From: a virus | Lineage: Duplodnaviria; Caudoviricetes | Reading direction: 5' to 3' (one strand) | Length of the DNA stretch: 35,186 bases | IMG/VR virus record: IMGVR_UViG_3300030397_000190 | Coordinates: 1 to 35,186 of that record | In this document: positions 17,688 to 26,669 of the stretch, piece by piece | Numbering within the stretch: the stretch's first letter is position 1 | Layout of the letters: each line of letters starts with the position of its first letter | Made by a program: the position numbers and the translations under genes | The notes under the pieces: generated by a model | Seen by the model: only the letters and a program-made list of their open reading frames with translations | What the model was told of the DNA's origin: nothing | Databases searched by the model: none

Positions 17688-18406
17688 TGCAAGTCCTCGT
17701 CTGAGTTCTGGTTGTAATTGCCTTTGAACGCGCGGTCACGTGCCGCCCGTATCTTGGTGAACTTGTCCGGGTCCGGTGCGCTTCGGATGTTCGCGTACCA
17801 GCCCGGCCATGTGCCGCGTTCCTGCCTGTCTTGAAGCCCCCAAAGGATGACGTTCTCGACCTCTGCCGGAATCGGTGGCGGGGTCAAAGTTTTCGAGCGG
17901 GTAAGGCGGTCAAGAGCGTAGGCCCACTTGTCTCGGTTGGCGTCCGTGATTGCTCGCTTCCATTCCGAGACGACGTGAGCCCGTATTGCGTTGGCCACTT
18001 TGACAGCCCACTCCGGGGGCGGACTCTTTTGTTTTTTATCTACTGAATCATAGGTAGAGCCCGGGTTTGCGTCGGTGGGGTCGGAGAAAAGATTTCCGGT
18101 GGGGTCTTTTGGTTGGGGGCCGTCGAGGAGCATTCTGTACCGGTTGCACTGAATGCCGCCGTGAGGCGCGGCTACCGGCGTGATCTTGAGGTACTCCTTG
18201 TCTTTCAGCCAGCGCAGACCCTTCGAAACCGACTTGTCACTGAGCCCGGCGCGCGATTCTAAGTCCTTTCGAAAGACCGTGGCCGTTCTCGTCTTGAAGT
18301 CCGACAACTCCCACAATGCGACCCATACTTTGAGCGCATTGCTGTTGTCCAGTAGTGCGAAGGGGACTATCGCCCACCCGGGGCGTTCGACTTGCATGTT
18401 TTCCAT
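17684..18406 (-). CDS. Replication initiator-like protein with N-terminal winged HTH (alternative start 18397)
   Basis: LKVW.AL..., L...AGLS.KSVSK.L..L....YL, NRY; lies upstream of DnaB. Confidence 0.7.
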   Translation of the reverse strand: MENMQVERPGWAIVPFALLDNSNALKVWVALWELSDFKTRTATVFRKDLESRAGLSDKSVSKGLRWLKDKEYLKITPVAAPHGGIQCNRYRMLLDGPQPKDPTGNLFSDPTDANPGSTYDSVDKKQKSPPPEWAVKVANAIRAHVVSEWKRAITDANRDKWAYALDRLTRSKTLTPPPIPAEVENVILWGLQDRQERGTWPGWYANIRSAPDPDKFTKIRAARDRAFKGNYNQNSDEDLQ

Positions 18407-18423
18407 TGGTGCGCGTCCGAATG

Positions 18424-18458
18424 AAAGAGCCCCGGAGCTTGGCGTCTCCGGGGCCTTT
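18424..18458 (-). terminator. Intrinsic terminator/attenuator upstream of the replication operon
   Basis: GCCCCGGAG-ACGCCAAG-CTCCGGGGC followed by TCTTT. Confidence 0.65.
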
Positions 18459-18537
18459 CGGGGGAGATGCTAGTCGCAGACATCTCCAAAAGCCGTCGTG
18501 TTCTTCGCCAAGTGGGTAGGAACCTACCCGATGGTTT

Positions 18538-19056
18538 TCACTTCGTCAAATCTTTCGATTCCTTGATGAAATCCCGCCCGGCGTCGGTGAGTTTGTAGAC
18601 TCGCGCCTCGCTGCCGAACCTCGTTGGCCGTGTCCCACCCGCCGGAGTAAGTAGTCCCATGCGCTCGAGTTCGGTTTGTCGTGGACCGTGCGGAATCTGT
18701 AGCGCGGCTTCCCATTCGTCGCACGTCGCCGGGCCGTTGTCGTAGACGTACTCGAGGATTTTGAAGCGTTGCGAGCCCCGGCGTGGCCGGTTGTCCGACT
18801 CGGCCATCTTCGAGGTTTCGGGGTCCGTCTTTCTGACCGGCTTGCGTTTCGCGATGATGTCGCGCAGGCGTTGATTCTCGCGCTCGAGTTCGACGATTCG
18901 CTTCGCCGGGTCCATACCGTTCGCTAGAGCGTGGTCAACGCGGGATTCTAGGCTGTCGAGCGCGGGCTCGCATCTATCACCGCCGCAACCGGGCGGTGCT
19001 TGTTTCGCGAGGCGCTGTTTCTTTTCCCAATCCGACTCGAACAGGTTAGTCGCCAT
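18538..19056 (-). CDS. Coiled-coil plus C-terminal winged-helix protein
   Basis: VRKTDPETS..A, R..IL.., G..T.DE, R.TEL...GL, Y.LT..G. Confidence 0.7.
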   Translation of the reverse strand: MATNLFESDWEKKQRLAKQAPPGCGGDRCEPALDSLESRVDHALANGMDPAKRIVELERENQRLRDIIAKRKPVRKTDPETSKMAESDNRPRRGSQRFKILEYVYDNGPATCDEWEAALQIPHGPRQTELERMGLLTPAGGTRPTRFGSEARVYKLTDAGRDFIKESKDLTK

Positions 19057-19402
19057 GTGGTGCATCCCAAATGTGATGCTTAGGCCACGCTTCGCGAGCA
19101 ACGCGCAGGGCGGTTTCGAGGGGACTGTTGCCCGGCATTATGAAACCGCACCACGAGCCCGGCCGCGAGTCGATTTCGTTGTCTCGCCTTGCGATGACTG
19201 TAATCTGTGAACCGTCCTCGGCCTCAAACCAATGTGTGAGCCACCGATCTGTACGCTCGGCATGGACAAGACTGTCGAGTTTTTGAATCCAGTGTTTCAT
19301 GTGATAGTCGACCGGCGAGCCATCCGGCGAATGCACGAAGTGCCCCGGTCGGTCAATACACCCGAAGTGCAAACATACTTTTGGCTGTGTCGGCGCGGCC
19401 AT
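19046..19402 (-). CDS. Phage hypothetical protein
   Basis: HFGC....GHF and D...DSRPGS...F motifs; TGATG coupling. Confidence 0.65.
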   Translation of the reverse strand: MAAPTQPKVCLHFGCIDRPGHFVHSPDGSPVDYHMKHWIQKLDSLVHAERTDRWLTHWFEAEDGSQITVIARRDNEIDSRPGSWCGFIMPGNSPLETALRVAREAWPKHHIWDAPHGD

Positions 19403-19665
19403 CAGTTCCCCTTTGCCTTCTTTTCTGCGTAGACTTCCCTGAAAACGTCGATCATCTCTTGGGTTATCGGCGCTTTGCTTGGCCGTTCCTTGTCGATGCC
19501 GAGTACGAGGCTCCAACACTCGTCGCCGTCCATGATGGCTTGCGCCGCTTCTGGCGTTTCGCCCCGGTCGATGGCGTTCTGAATGACCTTGTCTATGCCC
19601 TTCTGGATGTCGGGCCAGTTCTTGAGGATTTGCCGCCGCAGATGCTTGCGTTCCTTGCGTCCCAT
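19402..19665 (-). CDS. Hypothetical protein
   Basis: GGAGG RBS; TGATG coupling. Confidence 0.6.
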   Translation of the reverse strand: MGRKERKHLRRQILKNWPDIQKGIDKVIQNAIDRGETPEAAQAIMDGDECWSLVLGIDKERPSKAPITQEMIDVFREVYAEKKAKGN

Positions 19666-19892
19666 CAGACCTCCACCGCTTCATCGACCGTTGCGTCCTC
19701 GAACGCGATTCTGTAGTCCGCCAAGGGCAGCATGATCTGATCACCGTCCCGGGCTTTGTTGGTGTGCATCAGCATGACCGTATGACCGTGGCAGAAGCAA
19801 TGAGCGATGCCGCCGATTCGGAACGACCAGCCGTTCGCGTCGGTGATCTTGTCGCCGGGGTAAGGCGTGAATCTAGGGTCGCGTTCGTTCAT
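19665..19892 (-). CDS. Hypothetical protein
   Basis: Start MNERDPR..P.PGD by ATGA overlap. Confidence 0.6.
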   Translation of the reverse strand: MNERDPRFTPYPGDKITDANGWSFRIGGIAHCFCHGHTVMLMHTNKARDGDQIMLPLADYRIAFEDATVDEAVEV

Positions 19893-20164
19893 GCCTTTTT
19901 CCTTAGCGATTCGATCTGCCTTTTGAGTTCGTCGATCTTGCGTTCCGCGTTCAACAGAGTCGTATCGTAGCGTTTCTCGATTTCCAATATGCGTGCTTCG
20001 TAGTCTGCCTCGATGTGAGTGATGTTCTCCTCCTGCTTGAGCTTCGGGCAGTTCTCGTGGGCCTTCATCCATTCCCGCCGGGCCTCGCGCATTTCGTCGC
20101 GGTTGTCGGAGTACATATTGAAGTTCGCGCCGCAGCAGCAGTACAGGCTTGTCTGTTCCTGCAT
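19889..20164 (-). CDS. Hypothetical protein (Cys/His N-terminus, coiled coil)
   Basis: ACAGGAGGAG RBS; TGATG coupling. Confidence 0.6.
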   Translation of the reverse strand: MQEQTSLYCCCGANFNMYSDNRDEMREARREWMKAHENCPKLKQEENITHIEADYEARILEIEKRYDTTLLNAERKIDELKRQIESLRKKA

Positions 20165-21261
20165 CACTTCTCCTCCTGTGGAAGTTCGCCGGGTGTCCAT
20201 GCCGGAAACTCGCGGACCTTGAGGTCATCGGGCCATTCGTTCCAGTCGCCGCCCTTCTCGCTTTCGAGCTTCAGGTATGTGTGACCGTCCATCGGCACCG
20301 CGCCGAGTTGCTTGACAAAACAGGCTACACCGGCCTCGCGGCACTGGATCACGTTTTTCCGCGCCCATTCGATGTCGAACGCGCGTGCGCCGTTGCCGGA
20401 CTCGCCGCCGATGATCAGCCAGTCGATTCCGTGGTGCTCCCAATAGGTCGGTGCCGCTATGCGCTTGATGCCGCGCCGGGCGTCGATTTCGCTTTGGGCG
20501 TGGTCGATGCGTTGGCCCGGCATATGCCCCGAAAAGTCGACCATCTCGAGCGCCGGTTCGTAAGAAACCGCTCGGATGGCGGCCGGTGTCCGCAACAGCT
20601 TCTCGACCCGGGGCAACATCGCCTGATTCTCGACACTGACTCCCAAGACGACGTTCGGGTAGCCGTCGCCCCAATCACCGGGTAGACAGTCCGCCATGCG
20701 ATGTGTTCGCTTGGTGAGGATGATGAACAGCACGTCCGGCCGCTGCTTGATGATTTCCCATGCTTCCTGCCGCCACTTGTCGGCGAGCGGGTGAAACCAG
20801 TCGGACCACGAGCAAGTGAACACGCGAGCGCCGGACTCGATCTTGTACTCCTTCTGGCGGTTGCGCTTCAAAGGCTTCTGGAACGTGTTGTCCTTGGAGC
20901 GGACGACGATCTCGGGCTTTTGCCCGTACCGCTTCTTCTCCTCGAACATATAGCAGTTTTCGCACCCCGGGCTTACGTGGGTGCATCCCTGCCAAGGGTT
21001 CCATGTGTAGTCCGCCCATTGGATTGCGGTTTTCTGTACTTCGCTCATGGTGGGTTCCTCCCCGTTTGCGAGTTCTAAGAGCGCGCGTTGCTTCTGAATC
21101 TGGTCGACCGCTGCGCGCATACAGTCGCCACAGTGCGTGATTGTCCCTTCTGGCGAGCGGGTAAAGTAGACCCCCTCGATTGTGAAGTCGTCTTTCTGCA
21201 CGACCGGAACAGCCGCTCGCTTCCCGCAAAGGTCGCAGTAGTGTTCGACGGTCGCGGCCAT
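20164..21261 (-). CDS. DUF5131 (phage Gp37/Gp68) radical SAM-like protein with in-frame N-terminal Zn finger; internal start at 21048
   Basis: T.IQW...TWNPW.GC..VSPGC.NCY, VF.CS.SD.FH, LTKR, LGVSVENQ, SYEP.L, IDW.I.GGESG, FVKQLG. Confidence 0.9.
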   Translation of the reverse strand: MAATVEHYCDLCGKRAAVPVVQKDDFTIEGVYFTRSPEGTITHCGDCMRAAVDQIQKQRALLELANGEEPTMSEVQKTAIQWADYTWNPWQGCTHVSPGCENCYMFEEKKRYGQKPEIVVRSKDNTFQKPLKRNRQKEYKIESGARVFTCSWSDWFHPLADKWRQEAWEIIKQRPDVLFIILTKRTHRMADCLPGDWGDGYPNVVLGVSVENQAMLPRVEKLLRTPAAIRAVSYEPALEMVDFSGHMPGQRIDHAQSEIDARRGIKRIAAPTYWEHHGIDWLIIGGESGNGARAFDIEWARKNVIQCREAGVACFVKQLGAVPMDGHTYLKLESEKGGDWNEWPDDLKVREFPAWTPGELPQEEK

Positions 21262-21510
21262 CTACTCGTCCTCGTGGTAAGCGTCGTAGAACGCCTCCTC
21301 GTCACGCCACTTTGGGTTTTGCAAGTCGTCTGTGCCGTCGTAGAACTGCGCGATTATCTCCGGGCATTTGCATGGCCCGATAGCGCCAGCTTCCGGCGTC
21401 GCAAAGAAGTCGAGATGATGAAGCGTCCCGTCGACGACCTTGAACGGTATCTTTAGCCGACATCCCCCACACGCTGCCCGAGCGAGTTTTATTTGTTCCG
21501 CGTAGTCCAA
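21262..21510 (-). CDS. Small Cys/His protein
   Basis: GAGGAG RBS; fills the gap. Confidence 0.5.
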   Translation of the reverse strand: MDYAEQIKLARAACGGCRLKIPFKVVDGTLHHLDFFATPEAGAIGPCKCPEIIAQFYDGTDDLQNPKWRDEEAFYDAYHEDE

Positions 21511-21512
21511 AG

Positions 21513-21713
21513 CTACTCCTCGACGTTGACGACCATAAAAGTATCCGTAGCCGGAAAGCCCCGCGTTCTTTCGAGCGGGACATCCTGTTCATCCGCGTAG
21601 ACTGTCAACTCGTAGTCCCATCGGCCGTGAACGCTAATCGGGCCGGTGCAAGCCGTAGCCTTTGGCTTCCAGTCGTTGCGGTAGTGGGTGTCTACTGTGA
21701 GCGTCCAGTTCAC
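21513..21713 (-). CDS. Hypothetical protein
   Basis: GTG start; fills the gap exactly. Confidence 0.45.
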   Translation of the reverse strand: MNWTLTVDTHYRNDWKPKATACTGPISVHGRWDYELTVYADEQDVPLERTRGFPATDTFMVVNVEE

Positions 21714-21715
21714 TT

Positions 21716-21985
21716 TTAGGCCTTGTCAAGTTCTTCGATGGCGTCCGCAAGCGCCTTCTCGTAGGTTGCGCCGTCTGTCTCGGCGTTCTCTAGCAATTCC
21801 CGCGCCGCTGCAACAACTGCGTTCGCCTTGGCCCATGCTCGAGATACACGGTCTAACAGTCGTCCGAGAATCTCCTTGTCGCCGATGAATACCCGATCCT
21901 CGAAAGGCGTACCGTCATCGAACATGCCTGCTTCGAGGTTGAGATTGTTGGCCATCTTCGTGATTGTCTCGAGGTCGTCGCTCAT
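21716..21985 (-). CDS. Hypothetical protein
   Basis: GGAG RBS; acidic helical ORF. Confidence 0.6.
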   Translation of the reverse strand: MSDDLETITKMANNLNLEAGMFDDGTPFEDRVFIGDKEILGRLLDRVSRAWAKANAVVAAARELLENAETDGATYEKALADAIEELDKA

Positions 21986-21987
21986 TG

Positions 21988-23046
21988 CTACTCCGGCAAA
22001 AGGTCAAGCAACTCGCCAACGTCGACACCGCACGCTGACGCAAAGTTCGTGAGGTTCTCGTACTTGTCGCCGTCCCGGGGCTCGTACTTCGCGCCCGACT
22101 CGACCTCGAATAGCTGTTCCTCGTCCAGCTTGAGGATTTCAGCCGTCTTGTAAGTCGACAGCCCGGAATCGACTCGGAACTTCGTGATGCGAGCGCCGAA
22201 TACTCCCCACTCGGCGTCCTGCGTTTTGATTTCGTCCTCGACCCGCTCGGCCTTTGTCGGCTTGCTCTCCTGCTTCCTGATTTCTTCCTCGAGCCCAACG
22301 TCGACGATCTGTTCCTCGCCGTCCTCGTACCGCCGGTCCAAGTCCATAGCGAGCGCGAGTTGCGGGGTGTGGGGCACGTACTTGACCGTGGCCCGGATGG
22401 CCGTTTTGCGCCACATCGGGATTGTGTTCTTGTTCCACATGTGGTCCGGGTCGTTCTTCTTGTAATGCCGGATGCCATCGCGGATGCGTTCGATCTGGTA
22501 CTTGTGCAAGACCTCGAACTTCTTGAAGCCGTTTCGGAACGAAATGATGCAGTAGGCCGCCGCCGGGATTTCCACCGGGCCTTGCCGATGTTCTTCTGAG
22601 GCATCGCCTAGCCTATCTTGCCAGTGCGGGCGGTGCTTGATGTATGGCCGTGTGCCGCGTTCGTACTCGAACTCGTCGCCGACGTAGACAATCTGAGGGT
22701 CCACGTCGATGACCCCGGCGCACCGGAACATCAGGTCGATGTACCCCTGATACCCGATGATCAACTGCGCCTGCCCCTTGAATGGAACTATGTGCGCGAG
22801 GTTGCCTTGCGGGTTGAGGTTCAGCCCGGTCTGAGCGCACGCCATCAGCGTATTCGCGAGTGACGCTTCTGTGCAATTCAGAATCTTCGGGTTGTGCTTG
22901 GCGTAGATGTACGCCTGAGCGATGAACGACTCGGCCGTACCCGCGCCCGGGATCACGTCCTTGAGCATCCCGGCCATCTGCTGCATTGAGTTGAGGAATC
23001 GCCGCGCGGGCGGCAATGGTTCTTGCCTCTGGTCGAGGTCTGACAT
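21988..23046 (-). CDS. recT: RecT single-strand annealing protein with C-terminal XRE-type HTH
   Basis: L.C...S....L...AQ.GL, A.IVPF...AQL.IGYQGY, VY.GD.F, W......M..KT.IR; C-terminal FGARI...R...GLS....AE.L......EVESG. Confidence 0.9.
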   Translation of the reverse strand: MSDLDQRQEPLPPARRFLNSMQQMAGMLKDVIPGAGTAESFIAQAYIYAKHNPKILNCTEASLANTLMACAQTGLNLNPQGNLAHIVPFKGQAQLIIGYQGYIDLMFRCAGVIDVDPQIVYVGDEFEYERGTRPYIKHRPHWQDRLGDASEEHRQGPVEIPAAAYCIISFRNGFKKFEVLHKYQIERIRDGIRHYKKNDPDHMWNKNTIPMWRKTAIRATVKYVPHTPQLALAMDLDRRYEDGEEQIVDVGLEEEIRKQESKPTKAERVEDEIKTQDAEWGVFGARITKFRVDSGLSTYKTAEILKLDEEQLFEVESGAKYEPRDGDKYENLTNFASACGVDVGELLDLLPE

Positions 23047-23076
23047 CGGTTTCTCCTGTCGTGCGCGTCCGGTAAG

Positions 23077-23105
23077 TCTCTAGCACATAGCGACTTTCGG
23101 CGCAA
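23077..23105 (-). promoter_or_regulatory. Promoter candidate for recT
   Basis: TTGCGC-17 nt (ending TGC)-TAGAGA. Confidence 0.5.
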
Positions 23106-23107
23106 AT

Positions 23108-23320
23108 CTATTCGAGCGACAAGCCGCCGTTCATGTGCTTGCCGGTGCATCGGATGCTTGACCCTTGGCCAGTCATTCGCATGTGTTCTTGTGCCGTAAT
23201 CTGGATGCGGATGAAGCCTGCGCCTTTGCCCCGGCGACAAATGTCGATGGTCGTGTGCGTGTGCGTGCCCTTGTCGAAACAGGGGACCATTTCAATCCGA
23301 AGGTCTACGTCGTTAGGCAT
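23108..23320 (-). CDS. Hypothetical protein
   Basis: MPNDVD start overlaps the exonuclease stop. Confidence 0.5.
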   Translation of the reverse strand: MPNDVDLRIEMVPCFDKGTHTHTTIDICRRGKGAGFIRIQITAQEHMRMTGQGSSIRCTGKHMNGGLSLE

Positions 23321-24233
23321 CTTCTTTCTCCGTTCTCCATCCCCACGTGCGCTTGCCGGGTTTGCTGCCCTGCTTCCATGTCGCCGTGTGGTGGCCGTCT
23401 GTAATGCCGAGGTCGTCACCTATCAGCGCCTCGATTTCGGCGCGCAGGTCTTTGACTTCGGACTCGAGTTGTTTGTGTTCCGGGTAAAGCTGCGAGTACC
23501 GTTGCAGGAGCGCCCGCTCGTGTGGAGTCGCCTGCCGGATGGTTTCCGATGACGTGGGAAATAGGCTCTTGAGCGCGTCCGTGTCGCTCTTGCGGCCCTT
23601 GGGTTTAGGCGGAATGCCCCGGCCTACGTTGATGCGCCAGAATCGGCGAGCCTTCTTGAGTAGGTACTTCGCAAGCTCCGGCCGGTGGACGTACTTGTAG
23701 GTGCGCTGCTCAGTGCCCATCTGCGCGATGATGTACCAGACCGGAATGCGGGTGACGATTGCGCCCCACGCGACTTGCAACAGGTACATCTCGGGAATCT
23801 GGTCGGTCATTTCAATGCCCCAACCTCGGAGCATCCTGTAGCCGACTAGCTTGATCTCGAGCCCGAACTTGAGGCTTTGATGGTAGGCGTCCGGTGAGAA
23901 ACTCATCCACGACAGCACCGGGTGAACGTAGGTCGACCGGCGGGTGATCATCTCGGCCGGTGGAATCTTCTGCTTCTCGCACCACCGCTTGATGATGGTC
24001 GACTCCCATTCAGAGCCGAACCATACCGCGTCGTTGTCGGTGAAGTCCTCGGGCGGGAACTGTCTGCGCTTCTCGAGCCACAGTTGGTAGGCCGACTTGT
24101 AGGGGTGCATGTCGACCGTACAGGAAACCTCGGAGCCGCCGATGCTACTCGGGCGGTCGTGGTCGTCGAACGGGATTTCTTTCAGCGTGTCGAACCTTCG
24201 CTTGACGCGCTCGAGTTCAGGGCTTACTGTCAT
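23313..24233 (-). CDS. YqaJ-like (lambda exonuclease family) recombination nuclease
   Basis: IGGSE, PYKS..QLWLEK, G..WE, SPD, LEIK, IP..Y.LQ, FW. Confidence 0.9.
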   Translation of the reverse strand: MTVSPELERVKRRFDTLKEIPFDDHDRPSSIGGSEVSCTVDMHPYKSAYQLWLEKRRQFPPEDFTDNDAVWFGSEWESTIIKRWCEKQKIPPAEMITRRSTYVHPVLSWMSFSPDAYHQSLKFGLEIKLVGYRMLRGWGIEMTDQIPEMYLLQVAWGAIVTRIPVWYIIAQMGTEQRTYKYVHRPELAKYLLKKARRFWRINVGRGIPPKPKGRKSDTDALKSLFPTSSETIRQATPHERALLQRYSQLYPEHKQLESEVKDLRAEIEALIGDDLGITDGHHTATWKQGSKPGKRTWGWRTEKEDA

Positions 24234-24269
24234 GGCACATCACTCTCCTGTGGTGTAAGCAGCGTCCGA

Positions 24270-24321
24270 GGGGGCTTCCGGCGGGAAGCCCCCGACTAAT
24301 TCAGACGCACACTCTAGCACA
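24270..24321 (-). promoter_or_regulatory. Extended -10 promoter plus 10-bp leader hairpin
   Basis: TGTGC-TAGAGT (24311-24321); GGGGGCTTCC-CGCC-GGAAGCCCCC (24270-24293). Confidence 0.5.
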
Positions 24322-24345
24322 TGATGCGACAACCCGTGGGTCTTG

Positions 24346-24714
24346 TTAGGAAATGCCCTCACAGTCCCTGTAGGCGGTTTCCAACTCTTTGCGCTCCGGG
24401 CCTTCTGGGATGCACGCAAGATTGTCCTCGGGGTCCGTAAGTGACCTGACTGCGTCGACGACCGCCGCCATCTTCTTCGCTCCTCGCTTTTGATTGAGGA
24501 AGTCGGCCATGTCGTCGGCGCATTCGTGACAGAGCAAGATTGGTTGAGGCACGCGCTCTCCCCACGACGCCCCTTGGAAGTCGAATGCGCCATTCTGGAT
24601 AAACCGCAGCGTTGCCCAACAATTCGTTGGGCCGCCGGGTAGACTTTCGCCGACATGCTGCTTGCCGCATCGGTCGCACGTGTGGACCGTCTTACTCGTC
24701 GTTTCAGTTCCCAT
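24346..24714 (-). CDS. Zn-finger hypothetical protein
   Basis: CDRCG...LCHEC; GAGGA RBS. Confidence 0.65.
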   Translation of the reverse strand: MGTETTSKTVHTCDRCGKQHVGESLPGGPTNCWATLRFIQNGAFDFQGASWGERVPQPILLCHECADDMADFLNQKRGAKKMAAVVDAVRSLTDPEDNLACIPEGPERKELETAYRDCEGIS

Positions 24715-24748
24715 TTCGCTTCCTCATAAGGCTTCGTTGGCTCTGATA

Positions 24749-26020
24749 CTACTTAGCTAGCTCGCCTTCGCTGATGATCAGCGCCCCGTCCTCGTCGGTG
24801 CGGACCATCTCGATCCATAGTTGAAACTCGTTGCCGAGCGCCATCTCGCGCAAAGCAGCAATCCCTTCGTCGTCGATGTTGCTGCCCTCGCGGCAACCGA
24901 TCACCTTGATCTCCGGGTTGATTAGGCGGCCGACTTCGAAACCGAGCCGGAGCCTTTCTGCCTGCGACATCTCGTGGAAGGGGATGCCTTTGACCGTGAT
25001 TCCATCGTCCGTGATCTCGAGGCCCTCGACCGGGCACTTCGCTTTGGCGAGCCGTTCGGCACGTTGAGCCGGGTAGCCCTTGATCTTGTCGTTCAGGGCG
25101 TCGTACTCCTTGATGGCTTTCTCGGCTTCTTCGGTGAGTTCGTCCTTGCGCTGCTTCTGGCGGTACAGGTCGTTGAGGTTGTCGGCGTTCTCGATCTTCT
25201 CGAGGATGGGCGCGGGGTCCAAGCCTTCGGCCGCCTTTGCTGCTGCATCTTCGGCGTCGATCAGCCCCGCAACCTCCTTGACCTGTTCCTCGTGCTTCTT
25301 GCGAACGCCCTCGAGGTGGTCCTGTAGCTCCTTGATCTGGCGCTCGAGCGATGCGCCCTGTTCGTCGATACGTTCGGCCTTTGCCTCTGCCTCCTCGCGC
25401 AGTTCTTTTGCGCGAACAACCTCGTCCTGTTTCTCGCGGATGGCGTCGCGTTCCTCGTACAGCGCCTTCACGTCGATCAACTCGTCCGGCGCACCTTCGC
25501 AGTTGATCGCCTTGGCGGCATTGCTCGCCCGGTCCCGGTCCTTGCCGACAAGCAGGCGCTTTTCCCGGTCGGCTTTCTCCTGCGCGTCGAGGTCGCTGAA
25601 GTCGACGCCAAGCGCCTTCTGTAGTTCGGCCGCCTGATCATTCGGCTTGAGCGCCTCGAACTTTGTCGGGTCGATGGTCTGCGCGTTGAACAAGCCGTTC
25701 AGGATGTCCTGACCCTTCTTGATCGCCTTCTTGTCGCCTTTCGGCCGGACCTTCAACGTCTGCTTGCGCTTGCCGTCAATCGTCCGGGTGACGATGTACT
25801 CGCCAAGGTCGAAGCCGATCTCTGCCTTTTCTGCGCCCTCGCGGACTGGCTTCTCGCCGATTGAGTTGCCACCGCGCAAGCCTGCCTCGATGGCGTCGAG
25901 GACACTGGACTTGCCGGAGCCGTTCTTGCCCGTGAGGACTACGAGCCCGGTGTTCAGCCCGTAGGCCTTGAAGTCTTTGATGCCCTTGAAGTCTTTGATC
26001 TCGATTGCGTGGATGTGCAT
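24749..26020 (-). CDS. SMC/Rad50-like coiled-coil ATPase (AAA_23-type)
   Basis: I.DFKGI, G.NGSGKSS, long coiled coil, degenerate MSQAE signature; ACCACAGGAG RBS. Confidence 0.85.
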   Translation of the reverse strand: MHIHAIEIKDFKGIKDFKAYGLNTGLVVLTGKNGSGKSSVLDAIEAGLRGGNSIGEKPVREGAEKAEIGFDLGEYIVTRTIDGKRKQTLKVRPKGDKKAIKKGQDILNGLFNAQTIDPTKFEALKPNDQAAELQKALGVDFSDLDAQEKADREKRLLVGKDRDRASNAAKAINCEGAPDELIDVKALYEERDAIREKQDEVVRAKELREEAEAKAERIDEQGASLERQIKELQDHLEGVRKKHEEQVKEVAGLIDAEDAAAKAAEGLDPAPILEKIENADNLNDLYRQKQRKDELTEEAEKAIKEYDALNDKIKGYPAQRAERLAKAKCPVEGLEITDDGITVKGIPFHEMSQAERLRLGFEVGRLINPEIKVIGCREGSNIDDEGIAALREMALGNEFQLWIEMVRTDEDGALIISEGELAK

Positions 26021-26149
26021 GGGTTCTCCTGTGGTTTGACTGATCTCCAAAAAACTGCCCGTTTTACATGGGTGGCGTTACGTGTGTTGCGCTTGGATGC
26101 TGTTCGCGGGTGTTTAGACGTTTCTGCCCGTCGATGCGTTAGAACGCAA

Positions 26150-26350
26150 TTATGGGCAAATTACGAATAGACACTCCTCGGCACCGTGAACAGCGGGTTT
26201 GCCGCAAACTTCGCATGTGTAGTTGCGGGCGTCCGGCTCGATGCCGGAGTGTTCTGCCCCGCATTCGAGGCAAAAGCCCGTGTTGTTGTCGTTCTCAACC
26301 GCGCCCATGACGCGCTCGAGCGTCGGGTAGGATTGCGCGTGTGTCGTCAT
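26150..26350 (-). CDS. Zinc-ribbon protein
   Basis: GFCLECG...EPDA..Y.CE.CG..V.GAE. Confidence 0.75.
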   Translation of the reverse strand: MTTHAQSYPTLERVMGAVENDNNTGFCLECGAEHSGIEPDARNYTCEVCGKPAVHGAEECLFVICP

Positions 26351-26386
26351 AACTGTCTCCTGTGGTTTGCGTTGCGTCCGTTCGGG

Positions 26387-26602
26387 CTAGACGCCCGTGA
26401 TCTTGCACTTTTCCAAGTGCGGGGCGTGTTCGTCGCGCCAGTCTTGGACTGCGCTCATGAGTTCGGTGTAGGCGTTGTCGTCACCCATCGGGCCACGAAC
26501 CTTACTGACCGTGCAACGGTCGTCGCCTTCGCTGATATTCACGCAGAACTTGAGCCCGTTTGGGCTTTCGATCATCACGTCCCTGTGGTACTTGACCGAC
26601 AT
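26387..26602 (-). CDS. Hypothetical protein
   Basis: ACCACAGGAG RBS. Confidence 0.6.
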   Translation of the reverse strand: MSVKYHRDVMIESPNGLKFCVNISEGDDRCTVSKVRGPMGDDNAYTELMSAVQDWRDEHAPHLEKCKITGV

Positions 26603-26631
26603 AGCTTTCTCCTGTGGTTGGTCCTACTCAA

Positions 26632-26660
26632 TCACTCTCACGCCCGGCGGGACGTGTCAA
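26632..26660 (-). promoter_or_regulatory. Promoter candidate
   Basis: Perfect TTGACA; 17 nt ending TGA; non-canonical GAGTGA. Confidence 0.45.
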
Positions 26661-26669
26661 ACCTAAATG

